A DNA stretch of 63,475 nt, counting the filler, from Octopus bimaculoides (Eukaryota): assembly GCF_001194135.2 (NCBI RefSeq). It is 8 parts of 7 records of this genome, joined end to end, with 100 filler letters (N's around TTAATTAATTAA, not from the genome) between each part and the next. Parts side by side here need not be neighbours in the genome. Positions count along the whole stretch, not along the records: positions 19,163 to 29,475 come from NC_068982.1; positions 29,576 to 35,058 come from NC_069005.1; positions 35,159 to 44,769 come from NC_068995.1; 5 more parts are not named here. One strand, written 5' to 3'. Positions 26,278 through 38,647 of the stretch are shown piece after piece (position 1 is the first letter of the stretch; the number at the start of each line of letters is the position of its first letter). The notes beneath the pieces were generated by a model. It did not search any database. It saw only the letters and a program-made list of their open reading frames with translations, and was not told where the DNA came from. A program made the translations under genes and the position numbers.

Positions 26278-27349
26278 CACACAACACAGACTTACACAGA
26301 CACACACACAAACACAGACACATGCACACAGATACAGACAGACAGATAGACAGACACACACACACACATACATACATACACACACACCCACACCCACACC
26401 CACATGAATGAGTGGAGTGTACATATGAAAGAAATGGGCACTGAACCCATTTAGCCGGAGTTACATTTATTTTTTAAAACAGTTTGATTGGGTTTCAGGC
26501 AACCTCAAGCCCCCTGTGTCGTATTGCCAAATGGAAACGATCTTTCCTGGGGCTAAATAATAATAGCATTCGTCCCATCCTGGGACTGCCACATTATGTT
26601 GGCAAAAAGTCATTACTTTATGGTGCTGTTACTGTATATCTCTCTTTGAGAGATTTAGAAATAATAAAATTTTTATTTTGTAGATCTGTTGTGTATCACT
26701 TTTAAATCTATATACATTTTTGACAGCTGTTCAGTGGCGACATCCAGCCAACCAAGCTACTAAAAGCTGATAAAGGGCAGTAACCCAGAAACTAATCTGT
26801 GGATACAAAGTTGCGCTGGGTGGAACTACTCTATCTCCCTCGTTCGAAAATATAAGGACAGAATTTTTTGTGTCGTGTTACCAGCTGGAAACGATGTTTC
26901 CTGAAGCTAAATAACAGTAATATTCCTCCCACCCCGGGACTGCCAAATTATGTTGGCAAAGCGTCATTATTTTATGGTACTGCTACTGTATATTTCTCTT
27001 TGAGAGATTTAAAAATAATTAAATTTCTATTTTATAGAACCACATAGTTTGGGGTTCAATCCCACTGTGTGGCACGTTTGGGAAATGTCTTCTATTATAG
27101 CCTTATGCAGACCAAAGCCCTGGTAGACAGAAACTGAAAGAATCCAGTCCTATGTAAATATATTTGTGTGTGTTTATCAATGTGTGCGTGTCTTGATATC
27201 TGTTTTTGTCTCCCACCAGCGCTCAACAACCGGTGTTTTTGTGTTTACGTCCCCGTATCTTAACGGCTCGGCAAAAGAGACTGATAGAATATATACCAGG
27301 CTTTAAACAGTAAGTCCTGGGGTAGATCTGTCTCTTCAAGTCGGTGCAT

Positions 27350-27790
27350 TAAAAAAATAAAGGGAGCTTCGCCTTCATCGTCTTTTAGCGAACGTGTAAG
27401 CGTTGACAGATCTCACGATTGCGTTTATACACTTTGGTAAGATCTCTCGGTACCCATTTTGCACGGAGGCAAAGCATATCGTGGATGGTTATCGTATGCA
27501 GAACTAAGTCTGCAGAAAACATGTCATCTCTAAGATGGACACTTGAGCTTGTTGAATTTTCACGTTAGTGATGGAGGTCGATGGGCACCTACACTCTCTT
27601 CGTCGTTCACACCTGTTCGGTCAATTCAACACTTGTAGATCAACTCCTACGCGATTCTAAGCAGGGCAGCGCCGTTTCTGTATTGTACTGAGAGGCTACG
27701 ATGGATTTTAGCCCCTGGCACACCTTCAGACAAGAAAGATCATTGATGTGTGTTCTTCCTTGGTGTACTCTGACAGCGGAGTGGCCATGT
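27350..27790 (-). mobile_element. Mariner transposase N-terminal remnant
   Basis: MATPLSEYTKEE... (like the mariner start), SEGVPGAKIHR and AKWVPRDL (WVPHEL motif), all frameshifted. Confidence 0.6.
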
Positions 27791-27960
27791 TCATACTGTA
27801 TCAAAAGAACGAAAGCTGAAACGATTCAAGGTAAAACCTCTGTTACATAATCTCAAGTGTACGCGAGTGCTGAAGGTAGGGCGGCCAATCTAAAGAAGGC
27901 ATTGGCGAGAATGCGGATAATGGTTGCCATCGTAAACTGCTATAGTTGCCTGTAATACTA

Positions 27961-28502
27961 CAGGGTGTCCCATAAAGATGTACTCAATCTTTGACAGACG
28001 ATTACTAATGTATTGTTTTTTGTACGGGCTTACCTCGATGCAACAAATCCAAAGAAATGGATTGGGATGAGAGGTAGCATTGAATTTCCTGCACGTTCCC
28101 CAGACCTCACGCCGATGGATTTTCTCTTATAGGGACATCTCAAAGATAAGGTTTACGCTGCTAAACCAGTGACAATTGATGATTTGAAAAATGAAATTCG
28201 AATACAATATCTTGCAATTCCAAATCAAATGTTTGGCAATGTTGTCGAATCTATTGTTGGACGTTATCAGTTTTGTTTGGAAAATGAAGGAAGGCAGTTT
28301 GAATATTTGCGAACACGCAGGAATGAGAGAGAACATTAAATAATTCTAAATGACTATAAATAATCGTTTCTACAACAATTTATTTTCCTGAATTTAATTT
28401 AACCTTTCAGGATTGTATGTATATCAATAAACATCTACTTGAACACAAAATGCATGAGTACTGGGAAGTCAACGAGTGAGTACATCTTTTTGGGACATCC
28501 TG
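27961..28502 (+). mobile_element. Tc1/mariner-superfamily deletion derivative, 542 bp
   Basis: 35-bp TIRs CAGGGTGTCCCATAAAGATGTACTCAATCTTTGAC / revcomp CAGGATGTCCCAAAAAGATGTACTCACTCGTTGAC, TA on both sides. Internal KWIGMRGSIEFPARSPDLTPMDFLL*GHLKDKVY...ENEGRQFE. Confidence 0.9.
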
Positions 28503-29424
28503 TATACTACAATTCACTCTTTTGCTAGCATTCATACCAGGTCTCCGTTTTGATAATGCCACCACCACTCTATCCTTATTTCTCACCAATGATTGACATC
28601 CCAATAATAAGTGCGAGTAATGCACTTTTTGCCTAATATTAACAGTATCTCATAAATCAGATTTAGTATCATTTTGCCATCTTAATTTCCGAGTCAATTA
28701 GAGAAATTTAAAACCAAAAGGCTAAAAAACATACAATCAATTTGTTTGTTTACTGCGTGGCTGACAGGGATGTAGTCAATAATTTATTTTTTAACCTCAA
28801 ATTTATATACACATAAATTGTAAATTCACATTGTATAATAATTTGAAATACGGCCGTGATCTGTAAAAACTATTCATTCCTTTATTGCCAGTAACAAGTG
28901 AGATTGCTGTTCACTTTCAAATATTTCTATAAAATCAAGCTACACTCGTCTGACAGAATGAAATGAAACGTTTCAGAAAAAACTGCAAAGCTTCAGTTAT
29001 AATAAATTGCACACGTGTACTCTTCTATGTATGTATGTATGTATGTATGTATGTATGTATGTATGTGTGTATGTATGTATGTATGTGTGTATGCATGTAT
29101 GTAGCTTCTATTTTTTAATTAGTCTTCCACTGAGGAGGGAGCCGGTTTCCAACAAAGACTCAAGGCTTTGGGTTGTAGTTAACACAGACAAATTCACATT
29201 TGGAACATGAGAAAAATCTTACATATTTTTGTTGTTCCACTCACATATTACTCTTGTAATGTACGAATCAGCCGGTCGAATTCTTAAAACCCCAGTTTAT
29301 ACAAATTCTCCTTTAAGCATATACTAAGAAAACCTAGTGCTCCAATTATTGTATATATATGTATAAATATACATACATACATGCATACATACATACATAC
29401 ATGTATACACACACACACATACAC

Positions 29425-29475
<51 letters not shown>

Positions 29476-29575
29476 NNNNNNNNNNNNNNNNNNNNNNNNN
29501 NNNNNNNNNNNNNNNNNNNTTAATTAATTAANNNNNNNNNNNNNNNNNNNNNNNNNNNNNNNNNNNNNNNNNNNN

Positions 29576-29947
29576 GGGTGAGGGTGAGGGTGAGGGTGAC
29601 GCTGGAGTAGGAAGAGCGGCAGGAGGAGCAGCAGGAAGAGTTGTCACTGTTTCAGCTGCTGCTGCTTCCTTTTCTACTTGTTTTGGCAGTGGTGGTAGTG
29701 GTGGTTGTTGTTGTTGTTGTTGTGGTTGTAGTGGTTGTAATAGTGGTTGTTGGTGGTTGTCCTGTCCGAAACGACGGTTGGTGTCGTCGTCGGAGATGCC
29801 AGTGTCACATACCACCTCTGCTTCGTTGTACGTAAAGTCCTCTTCTGTCGGATCGCTGCTCTTGTCCTCGTCACTTGGTTTGTACACAAACTTCCCTTCC
29901 GCTTCGGCTTTCAGCATTTCTTCCACGGGGTTCCTTTCAGAGTTCAA
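29576..29947 (-). CDS. COPB2: Coatomer subunit beta', C-terminal exon with acidic and Q/P-rich tail, truncated at the block edge
   Basis: Acceptor ttgtttccctgtctttag, then LNSERNPVEEMLKAE..., which resembles human PNEERNVMEE. The frame stays open to the linker at 29575 with no stop. A possible internal donor gtatgt lies at 29812. Confidence 0.75.
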
Positions 29948-30159
29948 CTAAAGACAGGGAAACAAAAAAACAAAAAAATTATTAAATGAAGGAAAGACAA
30001 CTCAAATGGATTCATTTCAAAACACAACAAAAGGTCACCCATGCTTTTCTTTAACCCTTTAGCATTTAAACCAGCTATATCCGGCCAAAAGTATTCTGCC
30101 TATTCTATGTTCAAACTGGCCAGATCTGGTCTCTCACACCAACCCTACAATATCATCAT

Positions 30160-30333
30160 CATCATCATCATCGTTTAACGTCCGCTTTCCATGCTAGCAT
30201 GGGTTGGACGATTTGACTGAGGACTGGTGAAACCGGATGGCAACACCAGGCTCCAATCTGATTTGGCAGAGTTTCTACAGCTGGATGCCCTTCCTAATGC
30301 CAACCACTCTGAGAGTGTAGTGGGTGTTTTTAC
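30160..30333 (-). mobile_element. RTE-type 3' tail (truncated LINE or SINE tail) ending in (GAT)n
   Basis: catcatcatcgtttaacgtccgctttccatgc...ctggatgcccttcctaatgccaacc. A second copy lies at 31530-31680 and a short piece near 59800-59830. Confidence 0.6.
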
Positions 30334-31529
30334 NNNNNNNNNNNNNNNNNNNNNNNNNNNNNNNNNNNNNNNNNNNNNNNNNNNNNNNNNNNNNNNNNNN
30401 NNNNNNNNNNNNNNNNNNNNNNNNNNNNNNNNNNNNNNNNNNNNNNNNNNNNNNNNNNNNNNNNNNNNNNNNNNNNNNNNNNNNNNNNNNNNNNNNNNNN
30501 NNNNNNNNNNNNNNNNNNNNNNNNNNNNNNNNNNNNNNNNNNNNNNNNNNNNNNNNNNNNNNNNNNNNNNNNNNNNNNNNNNNNNNNNNNNNNNNNNNNN
30601 NNNNNNNNNNNNNNNNNNNNNNNNNNNNNNNNNNNNNNNNNNNNNNNNNNNNNNNNNNNNNNNNNNNNNNNNNNNNNNNNNNNNNNNNNNNNNNNNNNNN
30701 NNNNNNNNNNNNNNNNNNNNNNNNNNNNNNNNNNNNNNNNNNNNNNNNNNNNNNNNNNNNNNNNNNNNNNNNNNNNNNNNNNNNNNNNNNNNNNNNNNNN
30801 NNNNNNNNNNNNNNNNNNNNNNNNNNNNNNNNNNNNNNNNNNNNNNNNNNNNNNNNNNNNNNNNNNNNNNNNNNNNNNNNNNNNNNNNNNNNNNNNNNNN
30901 NNNNNNNNNNNNNNNNNNNNNNNNNNNNNNNNNNNNNNNNNNNNNNNNNNNNNNNNGAAAAGGAAATGAAAAATGAATAGGCGCAGGAGTGGCTGTGTGG
31001 TAAGTAGCTTGCTTACCAACCACATGGTTCTGGGTTCAGTCCCACAGCGTGACACCTTGGGCAAGTGTCTTCTACTATAGCCTCTGGCCGACCAAAGCCT
31101 TGAGAGTGGATTTAGTAGACGGAAACATATACACACATATATATGTGTGTATGTGTGTCAGTGTTTGTCCTCCCACCATCACTTGACAACTGATGCTGGT
31201 GTGTTTACGTCCCGATAGAATAAGTACTAGGCTTACAAAGAATAAGTCCTGGGGTCAATTTGTTTGACTAAAGGCAGTGCTCCAGCATGGCCGTAGTCAA
31301 ATGACTAAAACAAGTAAAAGAGTATGAGGTGATGAAACCAGTGATAGATATTTACATGTACAGTTGTTTAGCCCTAGGTCAACCTAGATTCAGTAAACCA
31401 ATGATTCAAACACGTCTGCTATGACAATCTATACACTACATATCTCAGTCTTCTGTCATCTCCTTCGTAAGGTTAAGTGTTTTGAAATCAGCCTTTGATA
31501 CTAAGTGACTGAATATTCGACACACAAAC

Positions 31530-31680
31530 CATCGTCATCATTTAACGTCTGCTTTCCATGCTGGCATGGGTTGGACGGTTTGATTGAAGACTGGTGAGCC
31601 AGAGGCTGCACCAGGCTCAATCTGAACTGGCAAAGTTTCTACAGCTGGATGCCCTTCCTAACGCCAACCACTCCGAGAAT
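31530..31680 (-). mobile_element. RTE-type 3' tail, second copy
   Basis: Homologous to 30160-30333, including ctacagctggatgcccttcctaacgccaaccactc. Confidence 0.6.
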
Positions 31681-32052
31681 GTAATTCTTAATGTAATTCT
31701 CAGTTGGAATCAGTCTGACAAAGCTGGGTATTTGAATTACAGAAATGATCCTGGTCTGGTCATACCACCCTTTGGCAGGGACAACCACCTTAGGCATTGG
31801 CACCCTTCGCACCCATCAAGATGAAAAGGCTCAATTGCCAAAGATTAACTACTCGAATATGAGCTAATGCTGACGAAGGACCTTTGAATTCAAATATGCC
31901 TAGATTCCTAGTGAACAAACAGAGAGAATTTCACTCTCCTTAATTGCAGCCGATGTTTGCCAAGCAGGGGAGAGGAAAAGTAAAACAAGAGATTTCCAAG
32001 ACACTGAAAATGGAAAGTATGTGAAACAATCAAGACAATATATGAGACTTAC

Positions 32053-32145
32053 CGTGATATCTGGCTTGGTAGATATGTCCTGGCAAAGAAGGCAGCTTCG
32101 GGCAGACGGTTGGTGTTGATGAGGACTTCTAAACATTCATCAAGT
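32053..32145 (-). CDS. COPB2: Coatomer subunit beta', internal exon, 93 nt, phase 2-2
   Basis: (K)LDECLEVLINTNRLPEAAFFARTYLPSQIS(R) matches the COPB2 RLPEAAFLARTYLPSQVSR motif. Acceptor ccacag, donor gtaag; phase is compatible with the upstream exon. Confidence 0.95.
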
Positions 32146-33079
32146 CTGTGGAATTGAGAATGATAGAATGGTAAGTGATAGTATGAGGAATAGAATAAGG
32201 AAGAAATAAAACCGTGAATGACAGCATCTTGAGGAATAGAATGTGCAAAGATAGAACTGTGATAGAATGTGTAGTGGTAGAACTGTGGTAGAACTGTAAA
32301 AGATAAAATGGTGAGGAATAGAATAGAGGGGAGGATAATAGAATGAGGACAATGAAATGGTAAGGATAAAATGGTAACAAATAGGTGAATAGACAATAGA
32401 AGGTATTTTATACAAAACAGACAAAAATAAAACAAAATATATAAATATTTCAGGAAATAGTATTAGTATTTACAGTGGTGGGTGTTTATACCTATTTAAT
32501 AGGCATAAACCCAGCAGAACTGTGATTAAAGGCATTGCAGCTGGCACCCTCACAACTTTTATTATTCAGATTCGGTGATTCTACCACCCACCAGCAATGA
32601 GATACAGAGGCTTCATAGTTTCAAGGTGTAATATAACTGCCGCTGTCACCACCACCAGACTGATACTTACTTGACCGCATAAATCCTCCACCCCCACCAC
32701 CACCGCTGCTGCTACTGTCATGTCCTCTCTGCTCCACTTCCAGAAGTGAAAGTTGATCTTGATGGGATTTGAACTCTGAATGTAAATAAATGTAAGGCCC
32801 ATCACCTAAGGCACTACCAATTCTGGCAATCCATACCCTAACAAGAGAGGCAGCAGCAGCAGCAACAACAGTAACAGCAACATGTTGTGTTGGTAGTAAG
32901 ACACAGTGGGATGGGATGTGGAGGAGACAGTCGATTATATCAACCCCAGTATTCAACTGGTACTTATTATTTTATCGACCCCTGAAAAGATGAAAGGCAA
33001 AGTTGATCTTGGCGGAATTTGAAGGATACAGCAAGATATTAGCAATAAAAGTCTAGAGGAAACAAAAACAAACACTCAC

Positions 33080-33294
33080 TTTCCAAGAGCAAAGTAAGAG
33101 AGGAATGCAACATTATTCTGTGAGGCTTTCTCTGCTGTTTGACCAAGACGAAGGACCATGTCTGTGTTACCAGCAGATGTAGCCAGTAGGAGAAGGCCAC
33201 CAAAGTCCTGTGCTTGGTGGAGACACTCTTGAGCCAGTCCAAACTCACACTTGTTGATAGCCAGCTCAGCAAGAAGTTTCCATTTCTGCTCAGA
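33080..33294 (-). CDS. COPB2: Coatomer subunit beta', internal exon, 215 nt, phase 0-2
   Basis: SEQKWKLLAELAINKCEFGLAQECLHQAQDFGGLLLLATSAGNTDMVLRLGQTAEKASQNNVAFLSYFALG(K) continues the previous exon in frame. Acceptor tttcag, donor gtgag. Confidence 0.96.
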
Positions 33295-33929
33295 CTGAAA
33301 ACATGGAAAAGAGAATTTTATATACATGTTTATATATATAGTGTGAACAAGCTATCTTTAAGATAGCATGTTATTACATTGGTTTGATATCATTGTATCA
33401 TATGTTCCTACAGCTTATATGCATAATTATACATGTGACACATATATGGAAGAATGCTGGCAAGACATGCAACATGAATGAAGTTTGAAAATCAGAAATA
33501 GAAAATGTAAAAATGAAATGCAATTATTTTAAAAGAACATGCATTTATAATGCAATAAAAATTACTACCTAAATACTGCCAATAAATTTTAATATATACA
33601 CACACTACACAATGTACAAAAATTGTAGCCCAAGCAGGTACACGTCACTCTGACTGATTATTATTGGTCATTGTGCATGCGTTACCAGAAGTCCCTAATA
33701 AACATGTATTAAAAAAAAAATTTAATCAAGGATACTTATGTTAAAACAATGGCGTAGGATTGGCTGTGTGGTAAGTAGTTTGCTAACGAACCACATGGTT
33801 CTGGGTTCAGTCCCACTGCGTGGCACCTTGGGCCAGTGTCTTCTACTATAGCCTCGGGCCGACCAAAGCCTTGTGAGTGGATTTGGTACACGGAAACTGA
33901 AAGAAGCCTGTCGTATATATGTATGTATG

Positions 33930-33973
<44 letters not shown>

Positions 33974-34238
33974 TTCCTCCCAACATTGCCTGACAACTGA
34001 TGCTGGTGTGTTTACGTCCCCATAACTTAGCAGTTCAGCAAAAGAGACCGATAGAATAAGTACTAGGCTTACAAAGAATAAGTCCTGGGGTCGATTTGCT
34101 CAATATACATATATATATATATATATATATACAATATATAAACAAAAGAATTAAATTAGAGTAACTTTGCAAAAGCATGTTTACTGACAAAGAGAGTTAA
34201 AAAACGTTTTAGGAGAAATATGAATATTACAAACTCAC

Positions 34239-34349
34239 CTCAGCTTCTTTCGCAAGTTGATAGGCCACTCGGAGGTCACCCAGTTGTAAAGCCAGTTCAA
34301 ATTTATGTTCAGGGTCACAGGTCACTGCAAGAGCTTGAGATTTGAAACC
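34239..34349 (-). CDS. COPB2: Coatomer subunit beta' (beta'-COP), internal exon, 111 nt, phase 0-0
   Basis: Translates GFKSQALAVTCDPEHKFELALQLGDLRVAYQLAKEAE, matching recalled human COPB2 GFKQQALTVSTDPEHRFELALQLGELKIAYQLAVEAE. Acceptor ttttatgcag and donor gtgag are present. Confidence 0.95.
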
Positions 34350-34579
34350 CTGCATAAAAGGAACAGTTACTCATGTTAGTACCAATTCATCATACAAACA
34401 AACACACACACACACACAGATCAGTTTACACTGTTAACAGACACAAACTGTGCCCAAAACAAAGCAAAGTCAACAGCCAAAAGTTCAATCCCAGTAATCT
34501 GGTCACCATTATCATGCGACTAATCCTTTTAGCCCTGTCTTAACCCAATAAGTCCCAGAGTACTTAAATTTCTGAATAT

Positions 34580-34743
34580 AGGCGCAGGAGTGGCTGTGTG
34601 GTAAGTAGCATGCTTACCAACCACATGGTTCTGGGTTCAGTCCCACTGCGTGGCACCTTGGGCAAGTGTCTTCTATTATAACCTCGGGCCGACCAAAGCC
34701 TTGTGAGTGGATTTGGTAGACAGAAACTGAAAGAAGCCTGTCG

Positions 34744-34791
<48 letters not shown>

Positions 34792-35000
34792 TGTGTTTGT
34801 CCCCCCAACTTCGCTTGACAACCGAGGCTGGTGTGTTTACGTCCCCGTAACTTAGCGGTTCGGCAAAAACAGACCGATATAATAAGTACTAGGCTTACAA
34901 AGAGTAAGTCCATGGGTCGATTTGCTCGACTAAAAAAGGCGGTGCTCCAGCATGGCCGCAGTCAAATGACTGAAACAAGTAAATGAGTAAAGAGAGAGTA
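34580..35000 (+). mobile_element. SINE family 2, tRNA-derived CORE-like SINE with an internal (TA)/(TG) microsatellite
   Basis: Head ggcgcaggagtggctgtgtggtaag, B-box-like gggttcagtccc, CORE-like gtggcaccttgggcaagtgtctt. Other copies at 4845-5270, 27040-27340, 30979-31322, 33750-34100 and 50545-50705 (+), and 38650-39047, 56925-57270 and 61500-61610 (-). Confidence 0.85.
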
Positions 35001-35428
35001 ATTACTTTTAATTTTTTACAGATGATTGAAAATAGGCTAAAATGAAAAAAATAATTATNNNNNNNNNNNNNNNNNNNNNNNNNNNNNNNNNNNNNNNNNN
35101 NNTTAATTAATTAANNNNNNNNNNNNNNNNNNNNNNNNNNNNNNNNNNNNNNNNNNNNGTAATATTCGATCGTCTTTGTTGGCAGAAGTCGGAAAGCTAT
35201 CTAAGAATGCTAGTTTTATTTCTTTGATGCTATTTTCTCTCCAATGCACACGCGTCTGCACATCCACGTCTTATTCTAACGGATAATGTTATCAACCGTT
35301 GATTTTTTTTTTAAATCAAAATTACGAGACTCTAAAGTCCATACATACGAAATTTTTCTCAGTCAATTGTTATTGAAAAGACTTTATCTCTAAGTCATCA
35401 AAATAAGCATCCTCTACTATCTGCATGC

Positions 35429-35722
35429 GGAGGCGCAATGGCCCAGTGGTTAGGGCAGCGGACTCGCGGTCGGAGGATCGCGGTTTCGATTCCCAGACCG
35501 GGCGTTGTGAGTGTTTATTGAGCTCCGGCAGGGGGTGGTGGCGACCTCTGTTGTACTCTTTCGCCCCAACTTTCTCTCACTCTTTCTTCCTGTTTCTTGA
35601 GTATCGCTGCAATGGACTGGCGTCCCGTCCAGCTGGGGGGAGCACATACGCCATAGAAACCGGGAAACCGGACCCATGAGCCTGGCTAGGCTTTAAAAGG
35701 GCGCATAAATAAATAAATAAAA
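35429..35722 (+). mobile_element. Full-length tRNA-derived SINE (family 3) with a 13-bp target-site duplication
   Basis: A-box-like tggcccagtggttagg, B-box-like ggtttcgattccc, (TAAA)n tail. TSD ACTATCTGCATGC at 35416-35428 and 35723-35735. Confidence 0.9.
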
Positions 35723-37300
35723 ACTATCTGCATGCATGCATGTTTTTGTGGTTCTTGCATATTTGTCTGTCTCTCCTCCCCTCTTTCGCCTGTCGATTTC
35801 GGTGTCTGAGCAACAACTTGTCACCTTTCTCATTGATTTAGCGTATCAAGTGGCTAAGTACTCCGCAGTCACGTGTACTCATCGTAATTTTCAAATAAAA
35901 CCATCGCGACACGGTTTAAGACGCGGCTGAACCTTTAACTTAGAACAACAATCCCCCCAGTCAGCTTCTAAATAGTTACTGTCCATCCAGATTTACTTGC
36001 AATGCTCTTAACCAAGATTCTACCATCTGGGATTGAAACCGTCATCTCATAATTTCAATGCGAACTTTTTAACCCCATCAGACATATCTGCTCTTACAAA
36101 AAGATTTGGTTCCTATATCGGAAATCGAAACCGGGCCGTTGATAGACCTTGTTGGCTTCTTCTTGCTGCAGAATCTCTAATGTGCTGCTATTGTTCACCT
36201 TAGTCTATCCTACCCCGGTATTCCTTGTCGTTCTTCACTCCTTTCGTTGCCCTGTTATTCATTATTCTTTGATAATGTGCCCCCCCCCCCNNNNNNNNNN
36301 NNNNNNNNNNNNNNNNNNNNNNNNNNNNNNNNNNNNNNNNNNNNNNNNNNNNNNNNNNNNNNNNNNNNNNNNNNNNNNNNNNNNNNNNNNNNNNNNNNNN
36401 NNNNNNNNNNNNNNNNNNNNNNNNNNNNNNNNNNNNNNNNNNNNNNNNNNNNNNNNNNNNNNNNNNNNNNNNNNNNNNNNNNNNNNNNNNNNNNNNNNNN
36501 NNNNNNNNNNNNNNNNNNNNNNNNNNNNNNNNNNNNNNNNNNNNNNNNNNNNNNNNNNNNNNNNNNNNNNNNNNNNNNNNNNNNNNNNNNNNNNNNNNNN
36601 NNNNNNNNNNNNNNNNNNNNNNNNNNNNNNNNNNNNNNNNNNNNNNNNNNNNNNNNNNNNNNNNNNNNNNNNNNNNNNNNNNNNNNNNNNNNNNNNNNNN
36701 NNNNNNNNNNNNNNNNNNNNNNNNNNNNNNNNNNNNNNNNNNNNNNNNNNNNNNNNNNNNNNNNNNNNNNNNNNNNNNNNNNNNNNNNNNNNNNNNNNNN
36801 NNNNNNNNNNNNNNNNNNNNNNNNNNNNNNNNNNNATAATTATAACAAACTGCTATTGTTTCATAATTAGAATGGTATTGCTGTTGTTAAGAGACGTAGC
36901 GTTGTTGTTGTTGTTATTATTTGTTGCTGCTGCTGCTGTTCGTTTTTATTTAAATGTTTTTGTTTGTTGTTTGTCTCTTCTTCAAGTGGGTATTTGCGTT
37001 CATCTAATAATAATAATAATAATAATAATGATAATAATAATAATAATAATAATATTTTGTGTGTATCTTGGCTTCTATATTTGCTAAATATCATATTCTG
37101 CTGGAAACCTATTTCGGTAGTCTAGAATAATCTGCCTAATTGCAGGAAAAGTTTTGAAGAGAGAGAGAGAGAGAGAGAGTGTGTGTGTGTGTGTGAGATT
37201 TATTTGGAAAAGAGAAGTGGGGAGCTGCTTTCCAGAAAGGTTAATGCGCTGTTGCTGATTTATGGTAATAAATGAGTAAATCTAGTTACATTGTTAATAA

Positions 37301-37336
<36 letters not shown>

Positions 37337-38593
37337 TTACACGCGCACACGCAAGCATATATGTATATATAAACACTTGTATGTAAATATATGGTGTGTG
37401 TTTACAACGTGTGTGAGTGTATATATTAAAATATATCGTAGAACATTTATACCGTAAAATCGATTTTACTTATCTTATTGAAAGGGCGGCAAGATAGCAG
37501 AAAAGGCGGGACTTAGTTAGACATCACTTTTGCTTATTTTCGAAATTCCTGGGTTCTTGTTTCGAATTTCGCCTAACATCCCATTTTCTTTTTCTTTTTT
37601 CTTTTGTATTTAATTCCATTTCCTTCCAACTTTTACTCTGGTTTCTAAGAGAATTTACCTCCTTCCCTAAAACATTTACTACATTTCTTAAAAAAAACAA
37701 AAAAAACATACATTATTTAATGAAAAAACCCTATATTTGAATAGAACCATAAACTGAGATGAATTCCCCTGGCAACCCAAGCCTACGGATTCGATTCACC
37801 GTCGGAACAATTCCAGTCACGAAATTACTTTGCGAAATCTCAACATTTCAACACGCAGTTCCCACCTTTACTTTGAATCTTAGATTCAGACTTGTCGATC
37901 CTTTGTAAAGAGATATGGAATATCCAATAGGCTGCTGAAAAATAGTTTAGGGACATGAAATATCGGAATGGTCAATGTTTTGTTGAGTATCTGATTTGCA
38001 GATACTTCAGTTGATGTGAAATGGTTTCAGCTAAGAATGGAGACCAATTCTACGATTCGTGAGATCTAAGTTACAAACGGCGGTATGTATATTTGTAGCT
38101 AAATTTCCTGTATTTTAATGGGGGAAAAATATGGGAGATAGGATGTGATAGTGTTCATGCTGTCTTCTCCAAAGCTCCTCAACAGTGTGAAGTGGATTGG
38201 ATTCTAATCAGAAATCGAAATCGTGCTTTTGTTTGAAGTTTATATGTTACCTTACGACACTCACCTACCACACAATACAAAATAATTTTCCACATTAGTC
38301 TAAGGCTAAATAACTTGATTTCATTAACATCCAGCATTCCCTTCATGAACCTCACAACTTCCTATATATGCCAGCTGTCATAAAATCTCAAGCCTTATTC
38401 GGCTATTGTTTTTGTACTCCTCGTCAATGCTTGTAGAACAGACCTATTGTCTAAGACTTTCCTGACATAACCATCCCATTTTTTTTTCTGTTGAGAGGCT
38501 ACCTTGATATGTCCTTTGTTTTTTAACTCGTTAATTGTCAATTTTTTCTTAAATATGACAAACTAGCAAAGGGCTCTTTATTATTTAATTACC

Positions 38594-38647
<54 letters not shown>

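Noticed and set aside
32160-32400. Hydrophobic ORFs and purine-rich AGAAT repeats in the COPB2 intron
   Set aside because: This is a degenerate pentamer-like low-complexity tract upstream of the exon acceptor, not coding.
35429-35505. tRNA-like sequence with A and B boxes (also 26210-26277 and other SINE heads)
   Set aside because: No complete cloverleaf or acceptor stem. It continues into a SINE body and tail with a TSD.
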